A stretch of DNA of 64,000 nucleotides from the NCBI RefSeq assembly GCF_037042905.1, contig NC_087251.1, positions 45,386,001 through 45,450,000 of the forward strand, in the 5' to 3' direction. Within the stretch, counting starts at the first letter, position 1. Every line of letters starts with the position of its first letter. Of the stretch, positions 1 through 12,025 are shown in pieces. The position numbers and the translations under genes were made by a program. The notes beneath the pieces were generated by a model. The model searched no databases and was not told the origin of the DNA. It saw nothing but the letters and a program-made list of their open reading frames with translations. The DNA comes from Lytechinus pictus. Its lineage: Eukaryota.

Positions 1-900
1 ATGAATTTGTCCGTCACGCAGAAGTGACAAGCTCGGAGTAGCCTATGGCTAAAGTACATCATTCATAATTCAGGAGTGAAGTGATTCAGATCTCTGCTAC
101 AAACAGATGGATAGAGAAGAAATTGAGGTATAGGGGTAATGTCATGGCAAGTGTACTCAAACAAGGCTTATTTTTTAAGTAAATATTGTGTTTCCTCTTA
201 ATCCTCCTCCATTTTTTCTTTTTGTATGCATACTGTAATTCTCATCATAATAAAAAGGGACTCCTGGTTGAAAGTTGTGTGATTTGACCATATATAGTAA
301 AATCAGACAAACAAAACACTGACAATTCAATCACCATTGGAAAAAGGAGAACAAAGTTGTGACATTTCAAAGTTTTACATTAGTCCTCATGAAATGCAAC
401 AAACAAGCTGATAATTCCAGTGTGACAATTTGTCAGCATATATTTCATTGTTTTACAAAGTTAGGTTTATATGAATGAACCATATCTAGACAATTTACGA
501 TGACACAGTGACAACTGATCATAATTTTAGAGACTATCTCATGATATTGTTTGCTGTGTCTGCATTAGTTTATCATTAATTTATGATTAAGACGATAAAC
601 ACATATTTATCGACCCTTTTTGTTTGATAATTATACATCATTCAATATTTTTCAAGTTCAATAGAGCTCTCTCCATCCATGTCAATCCAAGTCATCTATG
701 CCCTTTAGCAATTCATAATTCATGTTCATCCGAATATCCGCCCACACCATCAATAAAGATCATTTCCGATCAACTACCCCCTCTTCCTGTAGTGTAAACT
801 TTCTCTCATGATCTCTTTCCCTTGCATATCCCCCCCCCCTCCGTTTCTTGTTGCCCTTGGTTTAAAAAAAAACCCACAAAATTCATGGGCTCCTGTCAAC

Positions 901-1197
901 TAATAATAATAATAATAATAGGCATTTATAAAGCGCCATCTATCTATAAATATTCTATTCCGAGGCGCGTTGTTATTATTATTACCCCGGCTTTAGCTCG
1001 AGCTGCCTTTCAGCGCTCATGCATTCAAGGAATTAATCCTGCCGGGTACCCATTCACCTCACCTGGGTCGAGTGCAGCACAATGTGGATACATTTCTTGC
1101 TGAAGGAAATTACGCCATGGCTGGGATTCGAACCCACGACCCTCTGTTTCATAGTCAGGAGACTTATCCACTGGGCCACAAGGCTCCACAACGCTCC
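901..1197 (-). mobile_element. tRNA-derived SINE, family A
   Basis: A and B boxes (TGGCCCAGTGG, GGTTCGAATCC), core TGCACTCGACCCAGGTGAGG, (TAT)n tail. Confidence 0.85.
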
Positions 1198-1469
1198 ACA
1201 ACTACACTAACTGGTTGGATCACTTTTTGATCAGATTTCTTTTCTACTTTTCTCAGGTTAGCACGATTGCACTTACATTGTAAAAGTAGCTTATGTTCGT
1301 TGCATTCAAAACACAAGGGCATATATACCTCAGAAATATGCTTGGTTTTTTTTAATCTGCAAGTAAATAATGACATTTCAAAAATGATTGTGATTTGGCA
1401 CATATTAATATAAAATGCACATTGGTACATGCAGCTTTTAAAGCACTTACTATAAGTTTTTATCATCAA

Positions 1470-2014
1470 AGGTCAAGTCCACCCCAGAAAAATGTTGATT
1501 TGAATATATAAAGAAAAATCAAACTAGCATAACGCTGAAAATTTCATCAAAATTTGATGTAAAATAAGAATGTTATGACATTTTAAAGTTTCGCTTATTT
1601 TTCACAAAACAGTTATATGCACAACTCAGTGACATGCAAATGAGACAGTCGATGATGTCCCTCACTATTTCTTTTGTTTTTTATTGTTTGAATTATGTAA
1701 TATTTCATTTTTTTCCAGATTTTAAAATAAGGACCAACTTGACTAAACCATATAGCATAAAAAACAATGCTAATTCCACATGTTCAGGAAGGAATTAATT
1801 GTTGTTTCACTTGACAATGAGGAGAAAATTAGAATATTTCATATTTCATATCATAAAATACAAAAGAAATAGTGAGTGGATGATGTCATCGGTCTCCTCA
1901 TTTGCATACCAACCAGGATGTGAATATAACTTTAAAATGTCATAACTTTCTTATCATACATCCGTTTTGATGAAATTTTCAGTGTTATGCTTATTGATGG
2001 GGTGGACTTGTCCT
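1470..2014 (-). mobile_element. Kolobok-like ~600-bp MITE with long palindromic arms, reverse orientation
   Basis: Ends AGGTCAAGTCCACCCC and GGGGTGGACTTGTCCT; same family as the copies at 6162, 11043, 14957 and 17183. Confidence 0.85.
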
Positions 2015-3148
2015 TTATTTCTACATGTACACATGCACAGAAAAAAAATTTGTATTGTGACTCATTATAAAAAAAAATCATCCTCTGCATTCATCAACAT
2101 TTATGATTTCATGTAAAACAGTACTCAACTCTATAAAGAGTGAGAATAGTTCACATGTATTTCCAAAATTTGCCATCATTTTATTTCATGCATTTTTATT
2201 TAATGTAGTGATTTTAGACTTTCTGTAAATTAACCTCCTGAAAACAATTAAACAGATCAAAAGCTTGATATATTTATCAAATATTTATCTTAAATTTCTG
2301 AACGTCTGATCAAATATAAGTACAGCTCCCATATATACATGTATGTTTTTTTTTCGAATTCATGCATGAGGTGACAATACACGTTTTAGGTGATTAGAAG
2401 AACCCCTGCTTCTGCCTGTAACAAAAACTCAGTCTCATTCAATCTATCATATTTGACAATGGGATAAAGAATGTAAAAAAGACATCTGTAAAACCTTCAT
2501 GTGCCATACCTCATAATGATTATATCTTCATGAACAATATAGTAAATATGAAAGAGCAAGAGCAAGAGCAAGTTTTCATGTAGCTACGGCTATCAGTTAC
2601 CAGTTTATAAATTCCCTCTCTATTTCGCAATTTTGTAATTATTTTCCTTTCAATACATATCCTCTCTATCTAACCTCTTCCTTATCTTACTTCTACCAAC
2701 GACCAGTTTTTTAAAAAAATTAAATTTTTTTCTCATCCTCTCTCCTCAGCTTCATGACTAATGTGCTACTTAAACGCTAAGGCACAAATTCACCTTAAAA
2801 CATGAATAAATTATAATTAGTCTCATTTTCATTCATACAAACAAAATGATACATGTTATCTATTATAATACATAATCATCAACATAATCATCAATAGAAA
2901 GATATACCAAAGAGACAAGTCTAAACAGCTTAGTTTAGAATCTCACTGCTATATTAATGATATATTCTTGGTCAGATTTATAGAAATAACTCAAAATCCT
3001 TTAAAAGAGACACCATAGCAATTGAAGGATTAGATTCCTTGATTGAAAATAAATCCTTATCAGGAGATTCTTCTTGTAGGTGGATTTCACTGATAAATTT
3101 TGCTTTGAGCCAATCAGATGCAAGGATTTCAGAAGTTTCTAACAAATA

Positions 3149-3624
3149 AGGCGGTTTCAAACCGCCTCGATCACAAGAATCCCTGTTAAATTACAAGAAC
3201 ATTTTTAGGCTAAAAAATACCCATTAATTATTCCTGCATTCACACCGCCCCGAGACATACCCTTCAGGATAAATTCCTGAAGTTAGGAGCATGCGCAGTA
3301 TGGTCTAATAAGCAGGCAAGGCGCGAGATTCAAAACCACTAGCCCAGCAGCCACCCACGGCGCCCGCGCCCAACGACACGCTGGGTTAAAAGTTCCCGTA
3401 AATTGCTTTCACATTGCCAAAATACCTGCGACCTTGGAAAAATCCCCACGAAAGTTCTCGTAATTTCGCCAAGTACCTACTATTTAGCGGGTATTTTCTT
3501 TCGGGGAAATTACGCGTAGTTTGCTTTCACATTACCAAAATACCTGGTATTTTCTGATCGGGGTAGATTTCCCGATCAGAGAATACCTGGAACTGACGAA
3601 CTTCGAGGCGGTCTGAAACCACCT
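3149..3624 (+). mobile_element. ~475-bp MITE (PHIS/Harbinger-like, AGGTGGTTTCA ends), inserted in an older repeat
   Basis: TIRs plus high similarity to the copies at 18950, 24586 and 31367. Confidence 0.88.
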
Positions 3625-4168
3625 AATTAGTTTCATGAAGTATCCCCTGAAATTATCAGAGGTGCAGAGCTCAAAGTAAGCCTTTCTTATTTTCTAATAA
3701 GTATATACCCTTCCATTTGAAGTTTTAAAGGCGTTCCAATGACGCCCAATTTGCATCCAATAAAAGGGGCTGCCACACGTGTAACGGCCCGCACAGAAAC
3801 ATTGCGCTAACAGAGACCCTGTCACAACCGGTAAAGTCGCAGCGATGCATAACTGCAAAACAGTGCATTATGTACATCTTGGATACACGTTTGACTTCAC
3901 AGTCGGAAACGTGTGACCGGCCCCGTTACAATTCTGTTAGCACTAACAATGATTCACTGCAGCTGGTACAGTAGCGGACACTTTACCTAATGTAGGCCGA
4001 TGCACTGCATGTGTGACCAGTCACATTTCTCGATTTCATGAATTGCATTTTGCTAACATCACAAAATATCAAAATATCAAAAATTCAAATTCTTTACATT
4101 CAGAATCATTTGCGATAATGGTAATAATAATAATAATAATAATAGTAATAATAATAATAATAATTATT

Positions 4169-4370
4169 ATGGCGTAATTTCCTTCAGCAAGAAACTGATC
4201 CACAATGTGCTGCACTCAACCCAGGTGAGGTAAATGGGTACCAGTAGGAAGTAATTCCTTTAAAAGCTGTGTGCGCTATGAACGCCTAGCTTAGCCGGGT
4301 AATATAGGAGCGCCTTGAGCACCTAACAAGGTGGATATGTGCGCAATATAAATACCCTATATTATTATTA
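4169..4370 (+). mobile_element. 5'-truncated SINE, family A; tail-to-tail with a minus-strand SINE tail at 4371-4427
   Basis: Shared core CCACAATGTGCTGCACTCAACCCAGGTGAGG; (TAT)n tail. Confidence 0.8.
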
Positions 4371-4480
4371 TAATAATAGGCATTTATATAGTGCCATCTA
4401 TCTAGAAATATTCTATTCCGAGGTGCACAAGAAAAAAAAGAATGAGAAGTTTGGACGAGTGTCAAAGCGCCAATAACTAA

Positions 4481-5295
4481 GGCTGCGTTTATGCGACCTC
4501 AAGCCAGAATCATGATTTGAATCATGATTTGAATCATGATTCAAAACACAAACATGAATCACGATATCACAGAATCAGCGTTTAGACGACCTTCATTCCA
4601 ATGCTGTTTCTCCTCAGATTCGGGCCAATCCAGTGCGCATCACTAGTGCGCAGTTTGACAGAGGAAGTTTTTCGCACGTGTTTCGGCTCTCGAAAAATCT
4701 TTTGCTTCCAGAATTCAGTCTATACCTAATTTTGTTTAATTCTATCATATAGGGTCCATATGCTTCTATTCATCTTGTTAGTTTATCCAAAATGGTGTTC
4801 GGAAGTGAATTTCAGCGTAGATCCAATTTAATATTGACACTCTATACTCAACAACAACTGAGATCATTGTCTGTCCAGTTAATTCATTTACTAGAACTTG
4901 AAGTTGAAGACATGACCAAAAAATGAAAAGTAGTGGACGATGCGATGACCAACACAGAACTTGAACATGACAAGAAATGCATGCAGAGTAATCATGTACA
5001 TACAATGAGCATATAGAGAGCCTTGAGCTTGGCAAGAGTCAAACCGAAAGTAGCCCGACACAGTGAGGTCATATAATCATGATTCAAATCACGATATCGT
5101 TTATTCGAACATTTTCGTACGTGATTCTGCAGAAACGTCGTTCCAAACGCCCCTTTTTTCGTGTTTCATGTTTGTGATTCTAATCATGATTATATTCAAT
5201 TTCGACTAAACGCAATCGTGATTCTGCAGAATCATGATTTAAATCATGATTCAGATCATGATTCTAGGGTGAAAAAGTGGCGGATAAACGCGACC
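4481..5295. mobile_element. Harbinger-like non-autonomous element with AATCATGATT subterminal repeats
   Basis: GGCTGCGTTTAT...ATAAACGCGACC ends; TAA and TCA flanks; related copy at 7083. Confidence 0.75.
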
Positions 5296-5669
5296 TCATA
5301 CTGTTAGAAAAGATAAGACTTAAAGGTATTGTTTAACTTTGTGAGCAGCCGATTAAAAAAATTCTCAAACCAAGATGAAACATGTGTACAAGTGCATGTA
5401 CAATATTAGAACTAATAAACCCTGAAAACAACCATAAATGAAAAGCTAAAACTACAAGGCAAACCCCGATTTTGTAAATAGGCGTCTTATAGACGTCTAA
5501 ATAGTACACATAAGTGTATGGGATGAAATTAAGATAGTGTTTTCGGTCACTTTATATTTCAATTTTTGAAGCACTAAATAATTATTTTCGAACACAATTT
5601 TTTCTGGGCTTCATTTTTGTAACATATCACAGACACAGGTGACAAGTGTGACCTTCTAACTCAGATTTT

Positions 5670-5843
5670 TTAAAAGTGAAGGTCTCCAGTGATGGTAAAA
5701 TTCTTAAATTCAATGGCAAATTATTCCAGAGAGAAGGTGCTGAGGCAGAGAAAGCTCGCACACCATATGCTACACGTGTCTTGGGAGTCTTAAGAAGTTG
5801 CTGGTGTGATGATCTTAGGCTACGAGCTGGTGCATAAGGCATA
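5670..5843 (-). mobile_element. L2/CR1-group LINE ORF2 C-terminal fragment
   Basis: YAPARSLRSS...GVRAFSASAPSLWNNLPLNLRILPSLETF matches the conserved end of L2-clade ORF2. Confidence 0.8.
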
Positions 5844-6161
5844 TTATGAAATATGATTAAGAAATGCACACTTCGTCGGCACACACTGGCTAACACATTC
5901 AGAAGCGACAGCCCCTGATAAAGGGGCTCCAGAGTCACTACCTGTAAGATATGAATGGTGCTTCATATAGTGGCTACTTCTTGACCATGTTAATATTTGC
6001 ACAGTTGATAAAGGCAAGTGTGTATAAAGCTGATTGGGGTTGACCAGTATCAAATAACCAATCAAACAATATGCAATGGGCATGATCTCCATTGGTATTT
6101 TCACATGTTTCTGATTAGGAAATTGCCCATTATTTATGAGAATCCACTCATTCCTTCTTTA

Positions 6162-6768
6162 AGGACAAGTCCACCCCGACAAAAAGTTAATTTGAATAAA
6201 AAGAGAAAAATCCAACAAGCACAACACCAAAAATTTCATCAAAATCGGATGTATAATAAGAAAGTTATGACATTTTAAAGTTTCACTTAATTTCACAAAA
6301 CAGTTATATGCACATCTTGGTCGGTATGCAAATGAGGAAACTGATGACGTCATCCACTCACTATTTCTTTTGTATTTTATATATGAAATATGAAATTTTC
6401 TAATTTTCTCCTCATTGACAAGTGAAACAACAATTAATTCCTCCCTGAACATGCATGTGAAATCGACACTGATTAATACTACATGGTTCAGTCAAGTTGG
6501 CCCTTATTGTCAAATCTGTAAAAAATGAAATATTGTATAATTCAAACAATAAAAAACAAAAGAAATAGTGAGTGAGGGACATCATTGACTGTCAATTTGC
6601 ATGTCACTGAGTTGTGCATATTACACTGTTTTGTGAAAAATAAGCAAAACTTTAAGATGTCATAACTTTCTTATTTTACACCCGATTTTGATGAAATTTT
6701 TAGCATTATGCTAGTTTGATTTTTCTCTATTTATTCAAATCAACGTTTTTCTGGGGTGGACTTGACCT
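6162..6768 (+). mobile_element. Kolobok-like MITE
   Basis: AGGACAAGTCCACCCC...GGGGTGGACTTGACCT followed by TTAA. Confidence 0.88.
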
Positions 6769-7082
6769 TTAACTAAATATATTGCAATGGGATTATATTT
6801 GTGAATTGTGCAACTAAAAATAAAGAGAAATAAGGTTTTTTTTTGCTAGTTTTCATTCACATCTAACTGATATTTTCTGAATTGGATCAGAATTTCCAAT
6901 CTGAAAAAAAAATTCCAGGTATTTCCTCCATTTGTGGTGTGTGTGAAATCTAGAAATTTATGGTATAAAGTGATTGAGCTTGTCAAGAAAAACAATAACA
7001 TCCTGGTTTGCCTACACTGCTGCTTCATGAAGGTGGGAATACCCCTATTTTTATCATGTTGCACAACACAATGTTCAATTTA

Positions 7083-7580
7083 GGCTGCGTTCAGGCAATA
7101 TCATAAAGCTGGAATCATAAACATAAATCATTTATGGGTACAAACATAAATCACAGTAACTGCAGAATAAGGTTCAATCAAGCCTCTCTCAAACACTGAT
7201 TCTCCCTCATTTCAAGCCCAGCCAGAGCGCATCATAGCGCGCAGTTTGACCAAGTTAGGATAGGTCAACTATCCTGACGGTTTTAATTGCAAAAGATACA
7301 CAGTCTTTTTCCATGCATGCGTATGGGTACTGTGGAGAACTAGTATTGCACAAACATGGAACTAGGCTGACATAATGACGTCGTAGAATCATAATTCAAA
7401 TCCCTGTTACGTTTATTTGACCTTTTTCGAACGTGTTTCTTTTTCTGTGTTTCATGTTTGTGACTTGAAAGTAAAACATATTTAATTTGACTGAATGCAA
7501 CCGTGATTCTGTAGAAACGTCTTTTTATACGTGTTTCAAATGATGATTCTAGGGTGAAAGAGTGGCTTATAAATGCACCC
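7083..7580. mobile_element. Older, shorter relative of 4481-5295
   Basis: Shares GCGCAGTTTGAC and GATTCTAGGGTGAAA blocks and similar ends. Confidence 0.65.
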
Positions 7581-7621
7581 CTAGAATTGTACATCATGTC
7601 GCTGAACTAGAGTTTTAAAAC

Positions 7622-7800
7622 CTAGTCTGCAGGCACAGACCCTGATTGAAACTGATCAACAAGTGGGTCTCCACGCAAAGACCAGCACATACAAAACTTG
7701 CTGTTTCAATTCCTGAGCGAGAGGGCCTTCAGTACACAAGGCATTACAGGACGTATATTCAGACCCTTGACTCGAGTGTAGGGTTTGCACAGCAAACTAG
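7622..7800. mobile_element. Small MITE with CTAG ends
   Basis: Imperfect TIR CTAGTCTGCAGGCACAGACCCT / AGGGTTTGCACAGCAAACTAG; TTAAAAC on both flanks. Confidence 0.65.
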
Positions 7801-8526
7801 TTAAAACCTCACATCTAAAAATTCATAACAAATGAGGGCAGCTAAACAAAAGCTTCACATTTTAAATATGGCAATGGCATCCAAACATCATTTGAACATA
7901 GTCTCTTTATTCCTGGAGAGAACTCTTTTATAAAGGCAAAAACAGGTTGCTATAAAAGTCTTTACTATCAAGCTTTTTGGAGCTGTCCTATGTTTTAACA
8001 TCACATGAAGATCATGATACATAGATTTCTTGTCATGACATGACGAATTGAGACAACTCAGTCCTCCTGGTCACTACATCAATAATTCGAAATTTCTGGG
8101 TGCCCCCCCCCCCCCTTCCGGGCTGTTATTTTTAGTGGGGAACTTTTTAGTTATTAGAAAAAAAATCAATGCACACTCTGGCTCTTGTATTGGAAAAATT
8201 AGATGTCCAATGTTGCCAAATCTTTTTACTCAGAAAGGCATTTCCTGAAGATTAAGAAACTGAGCCATTTGAGATTTTGGCTTCTATATGACTATTGTGG
8301 TTTGGGTCAAAATACCCTAACAATAGACAAAAAAGGTGATTTAGTAATTCAGCTGATGATTGATAACAAGGATTAATGTTTCCTTCCTCATCTGTTTCCA
8401 TTAAATGACCTTTTGAGAATGAGCCTTTATCACAGGAGTGCAGAGTACCACTACCAGATGAGAACTATGCTCACAAAAACAGATGTATAGGCCTACATGT
8501 ATTGATCACAGGGAAAAACTTACTTA

Positions 8527-8925
8527 TACCCCTTTCATAAACCCAATAAACCTATCCTCCAATTAGCCGCCTAAGAGTTATGCGGATAATTCAATAAAAA
8601 TTGCGTTCACAAACTCCGAAAATTATCCGCATTATTTTTACGAGCGCCCGTCCTGAAAAAGGCGGATAATCGTCATGACAACTGGACACGCCCCCTCCGA
8701 TGCGGTTGTGTTGGGAAAGGGTGACCTTGTGACCGCACCATGGCAATTATCCGCATTATTTGGAAATACGTTCATAAACTCCAAATCTTGTCCCGATGCC
8801 GCTATTATGCGGATAATAGCAGCATCAGAATAATGCGGATAACTCTTGTCCTCCTCTGATTTTACGACCAAATTATGCTGCTATTAGCCGCATAATTGGG
8901 TTTTATTGGGTTTATGAAAGGGGTA
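8527..8925 (-). mobile_element. PIF/Harbinger MITE with TACCCCTTTCATAAACCC TIR
   Basis: TTA TSD; internal ATTATCCGCAT repeats; three copies in the window. Confidence 0.9.
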
Positions 8926-9177
8926 TTAGGGGCTCAGGGCAATCCCCCAAAAAAATTGCTCACAAGAACCCCGGGAAATCACTTCAGGGCCCGATGGGTA
9001 TCATACACGATTGTAGATGAAATGGAATATGAAAAACATTCTCAAGCATTTTCAACTTTCAATTCTCAACTTTTTTTCACTTACTATTAAACAAATGTTT
9101 TGGGGCCAGGGGGAGGAGGACAAGCTGCGTGATCACATATGCTACACATAATAGTTCATTTCCATTGTACTAACACA

Positions 9178-10130
9178 AACAAGTGGAATGCCTCTGGCCG
9201 TCTCACCTGCATCACGCGATTCAATATAGCAGCAGTGCTGATTTTGAAAACTACTATAACTCGCACAAGATGTTCAGTGATACTTGGTTACTCTTATTTC
9301 CACGTTTTATGAACTAGACCAATACACTTATAGAGATATGATGGCAATTCAACAAATACCCCTCAACGTGGCCAAAGTTCTTTGACCTTACATGACCTTT
9401 GACCTTGATCATGTGACCTGAAACTCGCACAGGATGTTCAGTGATACTTGATTACTATTATGTCCAAGTTTTATGAACTAGACCAACACACTTTCAAATT
9501 TATGGCTGTAATTCAACAAATACCCCAATTTGGCCAAAGTTCATTGACCCTAAATGACCTTTGACCTTGATCATGTGACCTGAAACTTGCACAGGATGTT
9601 CAGTAATACTTGATTACTATTATGTCCAAGTTTCATGAATCAGATCCATAAACTTTCAAAGTTACGATGGTAATTCAACAGATACCCCCAATTCGGCCAA
9701 AGTTCATTGACCCTAAATGACCTTTGACCTTGGTCATGTGATGTGAAACTCATGCAGGATGTTCAGTGATACTTGATTAACCTTATGTATAAGTTTCATG
9801 AACTAGGTCCATATATTTTCTAAGTTATGATGACATTTCAAAAACTTAACCTTAGGTTAAGATTTTGATGTTGATTCCCCCAACATGGTCTAAGTTCATT
9901 GACCCTAAATGACCTTTGACCTTGGTCATGTGACATGAAACTCAGGCAGGATGTTCAGTAATACTTGATTAACCTTATGGCCAAGTTTCATGAACTAGGT
10001 CCATATACTTTCTAAGTTATGCTGTCATTTCAAAAACTTAACCTCAGGTTAAGATTTGGTGTTGACGCCGCCGCCGCCGTCGGAAAAGCGGCGCCTATAG
10101 TCTCACTCTGCTATGCAGGTGAGACAAAAA
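9178..10130 (-). mobile_element. Helentron-associated (HINE/DINE-like) element with internal ~162-bp tandem units
   Basis: Minus strand: T-run, subTIR GTCTCACCTG with nearby inverted copy, (GGC)n, tandem units, 3' subTIR CAGGTGAGAC, ends ACTTGTT. Confidence 0.8.
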
Positions 10131-11042
10131 TGTCTCAAGACCCCAGAAGCCCCACCAAAGTATTAAGTCTAGAAACGGGCCTGATCAGTATGACCAGCAT
10201 TATGTGAGGCAACAATTAAAGATGGTAATTAGAAGAAAGATCACAAAACACCTTTAGAGAAAATATGATTTTTCAAAAAGGTAAGAAAAAAGTAGGACAT
10301 ATAAAATCAGAATAAAACTATGATTAATGATATGGTTTTGATTGAATTCCCCAAGTAAATAGCACATCTGTATATCAGGCTACCCAGTGGACTCTTAAGT
10401 CTTAAACTCTTCATATTTTCCAAGAATAAAAATATTAATACTCTTCAAGTAATTAGAAAATACTGTATTAAGATATCAATTTTTTTTATCTGAGTAACCA
10501 GCAGTAGAAACCCGAGCAAGGAAGTGAGAAACTGCTTAAAATTCAGTCGGGGTGGTTTGAAATTCCATATATGAAATCTACTTATCAGTGATACATGTAT
10601 CTCCAAGGGATACCATCAACACAAATATAAAACGCAGGAAGAATACAAGATATTCCCATTAGCATCAAGATTGAATAGGGAGCATTAGAAAATTAAAGCC
10701 CTGATAAACACGTAAATGTCAGATTTGTAGCTGGTAGCTGGTACATCTATGTGTACTTATTGCCAGTATGAAACGAGAAAATGTGAGATGTCTCCTGATA
10801 GCTTTCTATAATTGAAAGCTACGACAATTTTTGATAACATATTTCGGTAGAGCACACCACCACACCCAAATTTGGTGGGAATCAGTCCATGGGGGCACAA
10901 GATATGACCTCACACAGTAAAAACACTTGTTTAAAATGTTTAAACAATGCTGTTTACTATATGAATTGCACAGTAGTTGTTTGCAGTTTAAAATCTTAAA
11001 CAACAAAATTTAATTTCCAATATTCAATTCTCAATCAATTAA

Positions 11043-11612
11043 AGGACAAGTCCACACCAACAAAAAGTTAATGTGAATAAAAAGAGAAAAATCCAACAAG
11101 CATAGAACTGAAAATTTCATCAAAATCGGATGTAAAATAAGAAAGTTATATTTTAAAGTTTTGCTTAATTTCACAAAACAATTATATGCATAATCTGGTC
11201 GGTATGCAAATAGGGAGACTGATGACATCATCCACTCACTATTTCTTTTGTACTTTATTTCTCCTCATTATCTAGTGAAACATGATTAATTCATCCCTGA
11301 ACTTGTGGAATTAGCATTGTTTAATACTATATGTTTCAGTCAAGTTGGTCCTTAGTGCCAAATCTGTAAAAAATGAAATATTGTATAATTCAAACAATAA
11401 AAAACAAAAGAAAAACCGAGGGACATCATCAACTGTCTCAATTGCATGTAACTGAGTTGTGCATATCACTGTTTTGTGAAAAATAAAGTGGAACTTTAAA
11501 ATGTCATAACTTTCTTAAATTACATCCGATTTTGATGTCATTTTCCGTGTTATGCTGGTTTGATTTTTCTCTATTTATTCAAATCAAAATTTTTTTGGGG
11601 TGGACTTGACCT
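11043..11612 (+). mobile_element. Kolobok-like MITE
   Basis: TTAA on the left; same TIRs. Confidence 0.88.
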
Positions 11613-11948
11613 TTCAGCATGGTTGTTTGATTCATAAAATAAACAGCATTGTTTAAAAAATTTTAACAGTGCATGAATACATAATTAGCTCTATTAAAAT
11701 CAACGTATCATTGGCCAAGATCGAGAGGTTATGAACCAGGCATAAAATACATTGATTTCAATGGAGCTAATCATGTATTAATGAGGTCATATATTAGGCC
11801 GCCATGGACCGATTCCCCCTAAATTCAGGCGATTCCCCCCAATTTTGACTGTGGGTTTTTTCATCATGCCCTGCCAATAGGATGGATGGTAGAAAAAGCG
11901 CGTTTTTTGTGACATCACTTTGGTACTCTATAATGAAATCAAATTTAC

Positions 11949-12025
11949 CTCTAGATGTGATTTGAGTCTGCCTGCTTCGGTATGCTCCGGTCTGTAGTAC
12001 CATAGTAGACTCATCATCAGATCAC
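11949..12025 (-). CDS. BAHD1: BAHD1 BAH-domain exon, absent from the ORF track
   Basis: Acceptor atcttgatgttatcag|GT, donor GAG|gtaaat. 77 nt, phase 1 in and 0 out. Encodes (G)DLMMSLLWYYRPEHTEAGRLKSHLE, like BAHD1 GELMMSLLWYYRPEH. I did not find the remaining C-terminal exons in 1-11948. Confidence 0.95.

Noticed and set aside
5844..5941. Possible minus-strand exon after tcttacag (GSDSGAPLSG...)
   Set aside because: Wrong phase for the preceding BAHD1 exon and no similarity to the expected BAH continuation.
8638..8871. 77-aa ORF MVVKSEEDKSYPHY present three times (also 18108 and 19858)
   Set aside because: It lies inside a Harbinger MITE, starts at TTG and has no recognisable domain; recurrence reflects repeat copies.
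9340..10040. Regularly spaced repeats resembling a CRISPR array
   Set aside because: Whole units repeat without unique spacers; eukaryotic HINE tandem array with no cas genes.
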